Assembly (NCBI GenBank): GCA_035546035.1
Contig: DASZXC010000014.1
Location: 1,323-65,322 of the forward strand
Direction of reading: 5' to 3'
Source of the DNA: Minisyncoccota bacterium
GTDB lineage: Bacteria > Patescibacteriota > Minisyncoccia > Phycocordibacterales > UBA6065
Length of the DNA: 64,000 nucleotides
Shown here in pieces: positions 45,971-55,612 of this stretch. The translations under genes were made by a program, and so were the position numbers. Within the stretch, counting starts at the first letter, position 1. Every line of letters starts with the position of its first letter. The notes under the pieces are model-generated. The model was not told the origin of the DNA, did no database searches, and saw only the letters and a list, made by a program, of their open reading frames with translations.

Positions 45971-47038
45971 ATGCATATGCCCGCATTCATGGACAGATTC
46001 TATAAGGCGCTTTCGCACGACATAGGCATAGACCTTGGAACGGCTAATACGCTCGTCTATGTGAAAGGCCAGGGTATCGTCATCAACGAGCCTTCGGTCG
46101 TGGCGGTGAACCAGAAGACTGGCCGCGTCGTCGCCGTCGGCGCGCAGGCGAAAGACATGCTCGGTAGGACACCGGCCCATATCGTAGCGGTGCGCCCGCT
46201 CGTGGACGGCGTCATTTCCGATTTCGAGGTCGCCGAGGAGATGATGCTCTATCTCATGAACAAGGCGCAGAAGGAGACCAAGAAGTTCTTCGGTCCGCGC
46301 GTTATCGTCGGCATCCCGTCGGGCGTAACGAACGTGGAAGCGCGCGCCGTCCGCGACGCGACGAAGAACGCCGGCGCGCGCGAAGTCCATATCGTCGAAC
46401 AGCCTATGGCTGCGGCGATCGGCATCAGGCTCCCGATCCATGACCCTGCAGGCAATATGGTCATAGACATCGGCGGCGGCACGACCGATATCGCCGTGAT
46501 ATCTCTCGGCGGCGTCGTGCGCTCGAAATCGCTCAAGATCGCCGGAGACAGGCTTAATAACGACATCATCTCGTATATCAGGAACGAGTTCAAGATACTT
46601 ATCGGAGAGAAGACCGCCGAGGACATAAAAATAGCTATCGGCGTCGTGGTTCCCGAAGATCGCCCTCACGAGGCCCCTATCCGCGGCCGCGACCTCGTTA
46701 CCGGACTGCCGCGCGAGGTGGTCCTCACCGACGCGGACATCCGCGACGCTATCTCTCAATCCATAGACAATCTCGTAGATTCGGTGAAGGAAGTGCTCGA
46801 AACCACTCCTCCGGAGATCCTCGCCGACGTCATGCACCGCGGCATATACCTGGTCGGCGGCGGCGCGCTCATCCGCGGCCTCGACAGATTGATCGAGGAC
46901 TTCGTGAAGATCCCTGTCCACATCGCGGACGACCCTCTGACGGCTGTCGCGCGCGGCACCGGAGTCATTCTCGAGGACATAGAGAAATATCAGGACGTAT
47001 TGATCGCGAACGAAGATGACCTACCTAAAGCGCAGTAA
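45971..47038 (+). CDS. mreB: Rod shape-determining protein MreB (paralog 2, first gene of mreBCD-mrdA operon)
   Basis: IGIDLGTANTLV, DIGGGTTD; 3' end overlaps the mreC start by 23 nt. Confidence 0.9.
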   Translation: MHMPAFMDRFYKALSHDIGIDLGTANTLVYVKGQGIVINEPSVVAVNQKTGRVVAVGAQAKDMLGRTPAHIVAVRPLVDGVISDFEVAEEMMLYLMNKAQKETKKFFGPRVIVGIPSGVTNVEARAVRDATKNAGAREVHIVEQPMAAAIGIRLPIHDPAGNMVIDIGGGTTDIAVISLGGVVRSKSLKIAGDRLNNDIISYIRNEFKILIGEKTAEDIKIAIGVVVPEDRPHEAPIRGRDLVTGLPREVVLTDADIRDAISQSIDNLVDSVKEVLETTPPEILADVMHRGIYLVGGGALIRGLDRLIEDFVKIPVHIADDPLTAVARGTGVILEDIEKYQDVLIANEDDLPKAQ

Positions 47039-47810
47039 AAGGCCTGGGCAGGGAAGGACGGCGACTCTCGTCGTCGGCGGGCTCGCTCTCGTCTTTGCCA
47101 TAACCTATTTCTTTCCGGCGTTCTTTCCGAGCGTCTTTTTCCCCGTAGGCTCGCTCTTCTGGAAAGCGGAGAGCTCGAGCGTCGGCTTCTTCGTCTCCAT
47201 GGGCAAGATCGTCCAATCGAAATACAGCCTCGTCGAAGAGAATAAGCGCCTCTCAGAAGAAATCGCCGCGCGCGATAGGTCAGTCCTTATGCTCGATGAT
47301 ATACAGAGCGAGAACGAGCGTCTCAAGAACGCCCTTGCCCGCACGGGCAAGGGAAGCTATGTCCTGGCTGTCATCCTGACCCGGCCGCCGGTCTCTCCCT
47401 ACGATACGCTCGTCCTCGACGTCGGGACCAAGGACGGCGTCACGGTGGGCGACAAAGTATATGCCGAAGGCGACGTCCTCATCGGCGACATAGCCGAAGC
47501 CTACGGCGGCGAATCCAAAGTGTCTCTTTATTCCATGCCGGGGAGGAAGACCTCTATCCTCGTGGGCACTTCGACCATCGCCGCCGAGGCGATCGGGCGC
47601 GGCGGCGGCAATTTCATATTCACGCTTCCGGCCCAGACGCCCCTGGTCGAGCGTTCTACGATCTCTGTCCCTTCGATCAAATCGCATACATTCGGCATCG
47701 TGGACAGGATCATGGTGGATTCCACCGACTCGGTCCAGACCATCCTTTTCCGCTCGCCGGTCAATATCAGCGAGCTCCGCTTCGTCGAAGTAGATAAAAG
47801 CTTCCGCTAA
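47016..47810 (+). CDS. mreC: Rod shape-determining protein MreC
   Basis: N-terminal TM, coiled-coil (LVEENKRLSEEIAARD...NERLKNAL), beta-rich C-terminal domain; position between mreB and the mreD-like gene. Confidence 0.7.
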   Translation: MTYLKRSKRPGQGRTATLVVGGLALVFAITYFFPAFFPSVFFPVGSLFWKAESSSVGFFVSMGKIVQSKYSLVEENKRLSEEIAARDRSVLMLDDIQSENERLKNALARTGKGSYVLAVILTRPPVSPYDTLVLDVGTKDGVTVGDKVYAEGDVLIGDIAEAYGGESKVSLYSMPGRKTSILVGTSTIAAEAIGRGGGNFIFTLPAQTPLVERSTISVPSIKSHTFGIVDRIMVDSTDSVQTILFRSPVNISELRFVEVDKSFR

Positions 47811-48061
47811 TGCCGCGCATCGCTTTTAACGTCCTTCTCGCCATATCGCTCTTCTATCTGCCATGGTGGACGGGCGCCTTGATCGTCGTCTCGGCGTGCT
47901 TCCTCGTCGATCATTTCTATGAAGCCGTGCTCTTCGGTATGCTTGCCGACGCCTTTTACGGGACCGAGTTCGGTTTCCATGGGTTCTCTCATATAGCCGC
48001 GCTCTATACCGCCATGGTTCTCGGGTTCGCGTCCATCGTCCGAAACAGGCTCGCATGGTAA
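47810..48061 (+). CDS. MreD-like small membrane protein (83 aa, about half canonical MreD length)
   Basis: Three hydrophobic segments. It occupies the mreD position between mreC and PBP2, and its start overlaps the mreC stop. Confidence 0.4.
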   Translation: MPRIAFNVLLAISLFYLPWWTGALIVVSACFLVDHFYEAVLFGMLADAFYGTEFGFHGFSHIAALYTAMVLGFASIVRNRLAW

Positions 48062-48071
48062 TATAGCGGCA

Positions 48072-49760
48072 ATGAATTTTCGCCGCCCGAAATCGTTCGT
48101 CAGGCGAGAGCTGGACCCTGACGAGATATTCCTCGACTCCGAGAACCTTCCTGGCTTCGACGTGCACCAGTTCGAGGGCCGCATCGAGCGCCCGGTACCG
48201 CGCGGCTCTATGGCGGCGCTCTCCGTCGCGTTCGTCGTGCTCCTCGCGCTGCTCCTCGGCCGGGCATGGGTCCTTCAGGCCAAAGACGGCGGCGAATATA
48301 GCCTGATGAGCGAGAACAACGCTCTCGAAGAGACGACCGTGTATTCCTCCCGCGGAGCGATATTCGACAGGAACGGCATAAAGCTCGCCTGGAATACCTT
48401 CGACGGCACCAATACCGATTTTGCCATCCGCTCGTACATAGAGCAGCCAGGCCTCTCCCATATCCTCGGCTATATAAAATATCCGACCAAGGACAAGCAG
48501 GGAAACTATTATCGCAAGGACTATCAAGGCATCGCCGGAGTCGAGAAGGAATACGACGGCGAGCTCCAGGGCGAGCACGGCCTCAAGATCGTCCAGACCG
48601 ACGCCGTGGGAAAGGTCGCGTCCGAATCCGTCGTCCGTCCGGCTAAAGACGGCGAGAATATCACGCTCTCGATCGATTCCGTCCTTCAGGAAAAGCTGTT
48701 CGGGGGCATACAGGAGCTCGCCGACAGAGTGGGCTTCACCGGCGGCGCGGGCGTCATCATGGACGTGCATACGGGCGAAGTGATAGCCCTCACGAGCTAT
48801 CCTGAATATTCGAGTCAGATCATGTCCGACGGTTCTGATTCGAAGACGATAGCCGGGTATCTGACCGATGAACGGAAGCCGTTCCTCGACCGCATCATAT
48901 CGGGCCTCTATGCGCCGGGATCTATCGTCAAGCCGTACGTCGCCATCGGCGCTCTCGAAGAGAACGTCGTATCGCCGGACAAAGAGATCCTTTCGACCGG
49001 CTCGATAAGCATCCCGAATCCCTATTATCCTTCGATCAAATCCGTGTTCATGGACTGGAAAGCGCACGGCCTCGTGGATATGAGGAAGGCCATCGCCGTC
49101 TCGTCGGACGTCTACTTCTATGAGATCGGCGGCGGCTTCGAAAATCAGCCAGGACTCGGCATAGACAGGCTCAATAAATACTTCAGGATGTTCGGGCTCG
49201 GCTCCAATGACGAGACCGGCTTCTTCGAAGGGCCTGCGGGGACGATCCCGTCGCCCGCATGGAAAGACAAGGTATTTCCGGGCGACCCGTGGCGCATCGG
49301 CGACACGTATTTCACGTCGATCGGCCAGTACGGCTTCCAGGTGACGCCGATACAGATGCTCAAGGCGCTCACGGTGATCGCCAATAACGGCACATATCTC
49401 CATCCCACCCTTATAAAGGAAGCTACGTCGACGCCTGTCGAAGGGAAAGCCATACCCGTAGACCCGGATCATCTCGAGATCATCCGCGAAGGCATGCGAC
49501 AGGGCGCTCTCATCGGCACGGCGAGCGGCCTCAATGTCCCGTATCTCGAAATCGCCGCCAAGACGGGCACCGCCCAGCTCGGCGTATCCAAGGCATTCGT
49601 CAACTCGTGGGTCACCGGCTTCTTCCCGTACAAGGATCCCAAGTACGCCTTTGTCGTCATGATGGAGCACGGTCCGACGACGAACGTCTACGGCGCTACA
49701 TACGTCATGCGCGGCCTGCTCGACTGGATGCACCAGACCGGCTCGCAGTATATAGAATGA
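48072..49760 (+). CDS. mrdA: Penicillin-binding protein 2 (elongasome D,D-transpeptidase)
   Basis: N-terminal TM, PBP dimerisation domain, transpeptidase motifs SIVKP (SxxK), SSD (SxN) and KTGTAQ. Confidence 0.9.
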   Translation: MNFRRPKSFVRRELDPDEIFLDSENLPGFDVHQFEGRIERPVPRGSMAALSVAFVVLLALLLGRAWVLQAKDGGEYSLMSENNALEETTVYSSRGAIFDRNGIKLAWNTFDGTNTDFAIRSYIEQPGLSHILGYIKYPTKDKQGNYYRKDYQGIAGVEKEYDGELQGEHGLKIVQTDAVGKVASESVVRPAKDGENITLSIDSVLQEKLFGGIQELADRVGFTGGAGVIMDVHTGEVIALTSYPEYSSQIMSDGSDSKTIAGYLTDERKPFLDRIISGLYAPGSIVKPYVAIGALEENVVSPDKEILSTGSISIPNPYYPSIKSVFMDWKAHGLVDMRKAIAVSSDVYFYEIGGGFENQPGLGIDRLNKYFRMFGLGSNDETGFFEGPAGTIPSPAWKDKVFPGDPWRIGDTYFTSIGQYGFQVTPIQMLKALTVIANNGTYLHPTLIKEATSTPVEGKAIPVDPDHLEIIREGMRQGALIGTASGLNVPYLEIAAKTGTAQLGVSKAFVNSWVTGFFPYKDPKYAFVVMMEHGPTTNVYGATYVMRGLLDWMHQTGSQYIE

Positions 49761-49817
49761 TGTGGTATGATACGCGCCATTAGTTAGCCCGCGCTATATA
49801 AAGCATAACAAGCCGTC

Positions 49818-50285
49818 ATGACCGACAGCACCAAATACCTTACGAAAGAGAAGTACAAGGAGCTCGAGAAAGAGCTCGTCGACCTCAAGACCGTAAAGCG
49901 CAAGGAGGTCGCTACGAACCTTGAATATGCCCGCTCCCTCGGCGACCTTTCGGAGAACGCCGAGTACCAGGAGGCACGCGAGCTCCAGGCTACGATCGAG
50001 GACCGCATCGCCAATATCGAGAACACCCTCAAGACCGCCGAGATCGTGCATGAAATGCACGGAGACAGCGTCTCCATGGGTTCCGTCGTCACTGTCGAGA
50101 AAACCGGCGCTTCCGGCAAGCAGAGATTCGTCATCGTCGGCTCCGACGAGGTAGACACCGTCGCGGGCAAAATATCGAATCAGTCGCCGCTCGGCTCCGT
50201 CTTGATCGGCAAGCGAAAGGGCGAATCGGTCTCGGTCAAGACCCCGAAAGGCGTTTCCGCATACAAGATCGTCGCGGTAGAATAG
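49818..50285 (+). CDS. greA: Transcription elongation factor GreA
   Basis: N-terminal coiled-coil with DLSENAEYQEARE acidic tip, C-terminal FKBP-like domain. Confidence 0.95.
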   Translation: MTDSTKYLTKEKYKELEKELVDLKTVKRKEVATNLEYARSLGDLSENAEYQEARELQATIEDRIANIENTLKTAEIVHEMHGDSVSMGSVVTVEKTGASGKQRFVIVGSDEVDTVAGKISNQSPLGSVLIGKRKGESVSVKTPKGVSAYKIVAVE

Positions 50286-50291
50286 TCTTGC

Positions 50292-51854
50292 ATGGCATCT
50301 ATAGATGAAATAAGGAAAGCGAGGCTCGGCAAGATCGAGCTTTTGAAGAAGGCGGGCATGGATCCGTATCCTTCGAAGGTTCCTCGCGACATGTGCCTCA
50401 AGGACGCCAAGGCGTCTTTCGCCGAGTTCGAGGCGAGCGCAAGGGCTCTATCGCTCGTCGGTCGCATCATGGCCATCCGCGGCCAGGGCGCTATCCTGTT
50501 CGTCGTCCTCGACGACGGTAAAGATAGGCTTCAGGCCGTATTCAAGAAAGACGAGCTCTCCGCCGACCTGTTCAAGCTCTTCGGCGAAGCCGCCGATATC
50601 GGGGATTTCATAAGTGTCACCGGCACGCTCTTCAAGACCCAGAGGGGAGAGCAGAGCGTCCTGGCGAAATCGTGGACCATGGCGTCCAAATCGCTTTTGC
50701 CTCTGCCTGAAAAATGGCACGGCCTCGAGGACGAAGAAGAGAGGCTTCGCAAGCGCTATCTCGATATGGTTATGCGGCCGGAGCTCCGCGACCTTTTCGT
50801 AAAGAAGGCCAAATTCTGGGACGTTACGAGGAATTTCCTCAAAGACAACGGCTTCCTCGAAGTCGAGACGCCGACCATCGAAGTCACGACTGGCGGCGCC
50901 GAAGCGCGCCCGTTCAAGACCCGTCATAACGACTACGGTATAGACGTATTCATGCGAATATCCGTCGGCGAGCTTTGGCAGAAGCGCCTCATGGCCGCCG
51001 GCTTCAACAAGACGTTCGAGATCGGCCGCATATACAGGAACGAGGGATCGAGCCCGGAGCATCTTCAGGAATTCACCAATATGGAGTTCTATTGGGCATA
51101 TGCGAACTATGAAGACGGCATGAGGCTCGTCCAAGACCTCTATCGGGCGATCGCGAAGAGCGTCTTCGGCACGACGAGATTCGCCACGCGCGGGCAGGAA
51201 TTCGATCTCGCGGACGAATGGAAGAAGATAGACTATGCCGACGAAGTGAGGCGCGTCACCGGCATAGACGTCCTCACGGCCGATGAGAAGGAGATGGCTG
51301 CGAAGCTCCGCGAGCTCGGTGTCCCGTACGAGGGCGCCACGCGAGAGAGGCTCACCGACACGCTCTGGAAGCATTGCCGCAAGAAGATCTCCGGTCCCGC
51401 GTTCCTCGTCAATCACCCCAAGCTCGTCTCCGCTCTCGCCAAGGAATCGAGAGCGAAGCCGGGCACCGTCGAGCGCTTCCAGGTGCTCCTCGCGGGAAGC
51501 GAGGTCGGCAATGGATATTCCGAGCTCAACGACCCGATCGACCAGGGCGCGCGCTTCGGCGAGCAGCAGCGGCTCATCGACCGCGGCGACGAAGAGGCGA
51601 TGATGCCCGACTATGAATTCGTCGAGATGCTCGAGCATGCCATGCCGCCCGTATGCGGCTTCGGATTCGGCGAGCGGCTCTTCGCATTCCTCGCCGACAG
51701 ACCTCTTCGCGAGACGCAGACGTTCCCGCTCGTGAAGCCGAAGGCGGAAAATCCGGAGAGCGCAGAGAAGAGAGAAAGGAAGGCGGGCGCCAAGAAAGCC
51801 GGCGTCATCGGAAAGATAAGATCGGCCCTGAAGAGAGCGAAAAAGAAGGAATAA
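50292..51854 (+). CDS. lysS: Lysine--tRNA ligase (class II)
   Basis: OB-fold anticodon-binding N-terminal domain, class II motifs (FRNEGSSPEHLQEFTNMEFY; GFGFGERL). Confidence 0.95.
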   Translation: MASIDEIRKARLGKIELLKKAGMDPYPSKVPRDMCLKDAKASFAEFEASARALSLVGRIMAIRGQGAILFVVLDDGKDRLQAVFKKDELSADLFKLFGEAADIGDFISVTGTLFKTQRGEQSVLAKSWTMASKSLLPLPEKWHGLEDEEERLRKRYLDMVMRPELRDLFVKKAKFWDVTRNFLKDNGFLEVETPTIEVTTGGAEARPFKTRHNDYGIDVFMRISVGELWQKRLMAAGFNKTFEIGRIYRNEGSSPEHLQEFTNMEFYWAYANYEDGMRLVQDLYRAIAKSVFGTTRFATRGQEFDLADEWKKIDYADEVRRVTGIDVLTADEKEMAAKLRELGVPYEGATRERLTDTLWKHCRKKISGPAFLVNHPKLVSALAKESRAKPGTVERFQVLLAGSEVGNGYSELNDPIDQGARFGEQQRLIDRGDEEAMMPDYEFVEMLEHAMPPVCGFGFGERLFAFLADRPLRETQTFPLVKPKAENPESAEKRERKAGAKKAGVIGKIRSALKRAKKKE

Positions 51855-51878
51855 GAGGACTCCCCGCGAAGCCGCTTA

Positions 51879-51902
51879 ACAGAGCGGCTTTTAACGTGCC
51901 GA
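51879..51902 (+). terminator. Rho-independent terminator after lysS
   Basis: aagccgct-taacag-agcggctt then tt. Confidence 0.5.
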
Positions 51903-51934
51903 AACGGCGTGCGCGAATGTGGATAACCGTGTAT

Positions 51935-51990
51935 CATTGTGGGAGCAAGTGTTATAAAATATTTATCAAGTGGGAAAAAGTGGAAAATCG
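51935..51990 (+). promoter_or_regulatory. Putative mraZ promoter with TGGGA/TGGAA direct repeats (MraZ-box-like operator)
   Basis: TGGGA at 51939, TATAAA -10-like at 51953-51958, TGGGA at 51971, TGGAA at 51981 (10-bp phasing of the last two). It lies 170-220 nt upstream of mraZ. Confidence 0.35.
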
Positions 51991-52157
51991 ATTTAGAAGG
52001 CGATTCTCCTCCGATAAAAATCCCACGAGACGATGAAGATCATTCAAACGTCGTATGCGGTCGTCGGATCGAAGGATGCGAAAGGGCTCGTGATCACCAA
52101 GTTCCGCATCAAAGGCCTCCGGCTCCGTAGATTGGTGAAGGTCCCGAGGAAGAAGTA

Positions 52158-52592
52158 ATGCTTATAGGCGAATATACACACTCGATAGACGAGAAGAACC
52201 GCATCTCGCTCCCGGTCAGGTTCAGGGAGAAGATGGGGAAGAAGGTGGTGGTGACCCCCGGTCTCGACCATTGTCTCTTCGTATTCGCGCCCAAGGAATG
52301 GGACAAGATATCGGGCCGCTTGGCGGAAGCGTCCCTCGGCCAGTCGGATAGCCGGTCGTTCAGCCGATTCATGTTCGGCGGCGCGGTCGAGGCCGACATT
52401 GACTCCATCGGCCGCATCCTCGTTCCCGACTATCTCCAAGAATGGGCGAACCTCAAGGGCAAGGTCTCCGTCGTCGGCGTCCACAGCCGCGTCGAGATCT
52501 GGAACGAGAAGACCTGGGCGACCCTCAAGAAGGGCGTCGCAGGCAAGAGCAATGACCTCGCCGAGAAGCTCGGCTCGGTCGGCGTGTTCTAA
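52158..52592 (+). CDS. mraZ: Division/cell wall cluster transcriptional regulator MraZ
   Basis: Duplicated DEKNRISLP/DSIGRILVP motifs. Confidence 0.9.
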   Translation: MLIGEYTHSIDEKNRISLPVRFREKMGKKVVVTPGLDHCLFVFAPKEWDKISGRLAEASLGQSDSRSFSRFMFGGAVEADIDSIGRILVPDYLQEWANLKGKVSVVGVHSRVEIWNEKTWATLKKGVAGKSNDLAEKLGSVGVF

Positions 52593-52613
52593 GCGGAGCG
52601 GGCATATACGAAT

Positions 52614-53501
52614 ATGCACGAGTCAGTTCTTTTAAAAGAAACGATAGAGGGTCTGGAAGTGAAGCCTGGCGACGTCGTCGTGGACGGCACGCTTGGAAGG
52701 GCGGGCCATGCCGTCGCCCTGTCGAAAGCGTCCCATGGCGTATTCGTCATCGGCATAGATAGGGATGAAGACGCTCTCGCCGAATCGTCGGCGAGGCTCG
52801 AAAAGGCCGGCGTCGGTTTCAGGCTCTTCAAAGGCAACTTCAAGGACATGGACCGCTTCCTCAGAGAGGCAGGCAAAGACCATGCCGACAAGATCGTCCT
52901 CGATCTCGGCGTGTCGTCGCCGCACCTTGATTCCTCGGGCAGGGGATTCTCGTTCAGGAATGACGAGCCGCTCCTCATGACCATGGAGAAGAGGCCGGGC
53001 AAGGATTCGTTCACCGCGCAGGATATCGTGAACGGCTGGGCGGAAGAAGACGTCGCCAACGTCATATACGCTTACGGCGAAGAGCGATACGCTCGGCGCA
53101 TCGCGAAGGCCATCGTCGCGGCGCGCGAAAAGTCACCGATCGAGACGACGCATCAGCTCACGGCCATCATAGAAGGCGCCGTGCCCGCTCTCTATAAGAG
53201 GGGCAAGATACACCCTTCGACGAGGACCTTCCAGGCGCTCCGCATAGCCGTGAATGACGAGCTCGGGAGCCTCAAAGCAGGGCTTCAAAGGGCGTTCGAT
53301 ATTCTGGCTCCGCAGGGCCGGATAGCCGTCATATCCTTCCACAGCCTCGAAGACCGCATCGTCAAGACGGCGATGAAGGAATGGGCGAAGCAGGGCAAGG
53401 GCGGCCAGATGACGAAAAAGCCCGTCGCGCCGACGGACGCGGAGATGGCGAAAAATCCCCGCTCCCGAAGCGCCAAATTGAGGATTTTCATAAAGCAGTA
53501 G
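52614..53501 (+). CDS. rsmH: 16S rRNA (cytosine1402-N4)-methyltransferase RsmH
   Basis: VDGTLGRAGH, DLGVSSPHLD and ISFHSLEDRIVK motifs. Confidence 0.95.
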   Translation: MHESVLLKETIEGLEVKPGDVVVDGTLGRAGHAVALSKASHGVFVIGIDRDEDALAESSARLEKAGVGFRLFKGNFKDMDRFLREAGKDHADKIVLDLGVSSPHLDSSGRGFSFRNDEPLLMTMEKRPGKDSFTAQDIVNGWAEEDVANVIYAYGEERYARRIAKAIVAAREKSPIETTHQLTAIIEGAVPALYKRGKIHPSTRTFQALRIAVNDELGSLKAGLQRAFDILAPQGRIAVISFHSLEDRIVKTAMKEWAKQGKGGQMTKKPVAPTDAEMAKNPRSRSAKLRIFIKQ

Positions 53502-53534
53502 CAGGAAACATTACACGCATTAGAACAGAAGACA

Positions 53535-53855
53535 ATGACACAGTATGTACAGGAAAAAGTAGAGCGATTGGAGCATCCCCTCACCGCATGGGCTCTTTTG
53601 GGCGTGATCGTCGCCCTTGTCCTCGCGTACGCGTGCTTCATAAACATGACGATAGCCAACATCGTCGCCACGAAAGCCACCCAGACGAAGATAACCGCTC
53701 TCACGTCCTCGGTCAGCTCGCTCGAATCGGCCTATCTCGCCGCAAAGTCGGCGATCACCATGGACGATGCCCTCGCCCAGGGTTTCAAACCGTCTTCATT
53801 CGACCCGGTCTATATATCCAAGGCTAACGCCGGCTCGCTCTCGTTTAATCGCTAG
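53535..53855 (+). CDS. FtsL-like small bitopic division protein
   Basis: 106 aa with a single TM then a coiled-coil segment; located between rsmH and ftsI. Confidence 0.45.
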   Translation: MTQYVQEKVERLEHPLTAWALLGVIVALVLAYACFINMTIANIVATKATQTKITALTSSVSSLESAYLAAKSAITMDDALAQGFKPSSFDPVYISKANAGSLSFNR

Positions 53856-53882
53856 GGGGATAAGCAAAGGTATAATCGCCTT

Positions 53883-55598
53883 ATGAGCATACTGCCGAAC
53901 CAGTTCCGGATACGGCTCATCGGGATAGTGATCGTCATCGCCGCGCTCGTCATCGCGGGACGTCTGTATTTCATCCAGGTGATGAAGCACGACGCGTACG
54001 CGGCTCAGGCCGAAAAGCAGTACGCATCCAAGAGCCAGACGCTCTTTGACCGCGGCACGATCTATTTCTCGCCGAAGTCCGGCGCGCCTCTTTCCGCCGC
54101 GACGCTGGGAAGCGGCTATGCCATCACGCTCGAGCCGCGCAAGATCCTTCATCCCGAAGACATCGTGAACGGCCTTTCCGGCATCATATCGTTCGACGAG
54201 AGCATGCTCCTCGCTAAGACCGCGAGCGGCAGCCCATATGCCGAGATCGCCCATCGCGTGGATGAAAAGACGGCAGAGCGCATAGAGGGCCTCGGCCTCG
54301 CGGGCCTTGGAGACTATAAGGAGCAGTGGCGCGTATATCCCGGAGGCAAGAGCGCGGCGAACGTCTTGGGATTCGTCGGCTATAACGACGACGGCATGAC
54401 GCTTTCGGGCCGCTACGGCCTCGAAAAGTCATATAATGACATCCTTTCGCGCGGCACGTCCGATAGCCATGTCAATTTCTTCGCGGAGATATTCTCGAAC
54501 GTGCGCGATACGTTCATACAGGACGATGCAGGGGAAGGATCGATCGTCACGACCATAGAGCCGACCGTCCAGGCGGAACTGGAAAAACGCCTCGCAGGCG
54601 TCGTCTCGACGTGGAAGTCCGACCTGACCGGAGGCATCGTCATGAATCCCTATACAGGCGAGATATATGCCATGGCGGTCAATCCGACCTTCGATCCGAA
54701 CGATTTCGCCAAAGAAAAGAATCCAGCGGTCTTCAAGAACCCTCTCGTAGACGGCGTCTATGAGATGGGCTCGATCGTCAAGCCGCTCGTCATGGCAGCC
54801 GGCCTCGATGCGGGCGTCATAACGCCGCAGACGACGTATGACGATACCGGCTTCGTCCTGGTGAACGGGGCAAAAGTCTCGAACTTCGACGGCAGGGCGC
54901 GCGGCGTCATCCCTATGCAGCGCATCCTCGACGAATCGCTCAACGTCGGCATGGCCTTCGTCGCCAAAAAGCTCGGCAACGATAATGTCACAAAATACAT
55001 AACCGCATACGGCCTCGGCGACGAGACGGGCATAGACCTGCCGGGCGAAGTCCACGGCAAGCTCGATAATCTCAAGGCTCCGCGCGACCTCGAGCACGTG
55101 ACGGCGTCGTTCGGGCAGGGGATCGCGATCTCGCCCATAGAGACGATCCGTGCGCTGTCTGCCCTCGGAAACGGCGGCTTCCTGCCCAATCCGCACGTGG
55201 TCAAGCGGATCGAATACGCCTCGGGCGACGTGAAGACGCCCTCATACGACGGGACGAAGCAGGTCATTAAGCCCGAAACGTCGGAGACGATCACCCGTAT
55301 GCTCGTATCCGTCGTGGACACCGCGCTCTTGAACGGCACGGTCAAATTCCCTCATTACACCGTCGCGGCGAAGACGGGCACGGCGCAGATGGCGAAAGAA
55401 GACGGGCGCGGGTATTATGATGACAGGTATCTCCACTCGTTCTTCGGATATTTCCCGGCTTACAAGCCGCAATTCATCGTGTTCCTCTTCACCGTCTACC
55501 CGAAGGGCGCGGAGTATGCGTCGCATACGCTCACCCAGCCGTTTATAGACCTCGCCAAATTCCTGATCAATTATTATGAAGTCCCGCCTGACCGCTAG
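53883..55598 (+). CDS. ftsI: Peptidoglycan D,D-transpeptidase FtsI (PBP3-type)
   Basis: N-terminal TM, dimerisation domain, motifs SIVKP, SNFD (SxN) and KTGTAQ. Confidence 0.85.
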   Translation: MSILPNQFRIRLIGIVIVIAALVIAGRLYFIQVMKHDAYAAQAEKQYASKSQTLFDRGTIYFSPKSGAPLSAATLGSGYAITLEPRKILHPEDIVNGLSGIISFDESMLLAKTASGSPYAEIAHRVDEKTAERIEGLGLAGLGDYKEQWRVYPGGKSAANVLGFVGYNDDGMTLSGRYGLEKSYNDILSRGTSDSHVNFFAEIFSNVRDTFIQDDAGEGSIVTTIEPTVQAELEKRLAGVVSTWKSDLTGGIVMNPYTGEIYAMAVNPTFDPNDFAKEKNPAVFKNPLVDGVYEMGSIVKPLVMAAGLDAGVITPQTTYDDTGFVLVNGAKVSNFDGRARGVIPMQRILDESLNVGMAFVAKKLGNDNVTKYITAYGLGDETGIDLPGEVHGKLDNLKAPRDLEHVTASFGQGIAISPIETIRALSALGNGGFLPNPHVVKRIEYASGDVKTPSYDGTKQVIKPETSETITRMLVSVVDTALLNGTVKFPHYTVAAKTGTAQMAKEDGRGYYDDRYLHSFFGYFPAYKPQFIVFLFTVYPKGAEYASHTLTQPFIDLAKFLINYYEVPPDR

Positions 55599-55612
55599 CC
55601 GAAACAAGTCGC

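Noticed and set aside
44954-46921. 655-aa - strand ORF
   Set aside because: Antisense to proS and mreB paralog 2; artefact.
47826-49733. 635-aa - strand ORF
   Set aside because: Antisense to the PBP2 gene; Arg-rich artefact.
50448-51638. 396-aa - strand ORF
   Set aside because: Antisense to lysS; artefact.
51919-51927. Perfect DnaA box TGTGGATAA upstream of mraZ
   Set aside because: It is a single 9-mer with no clustered boxes or DUE, and no dnaA/dnaN nearby. The expected chance occurrence in 64 kb is about 0.5.
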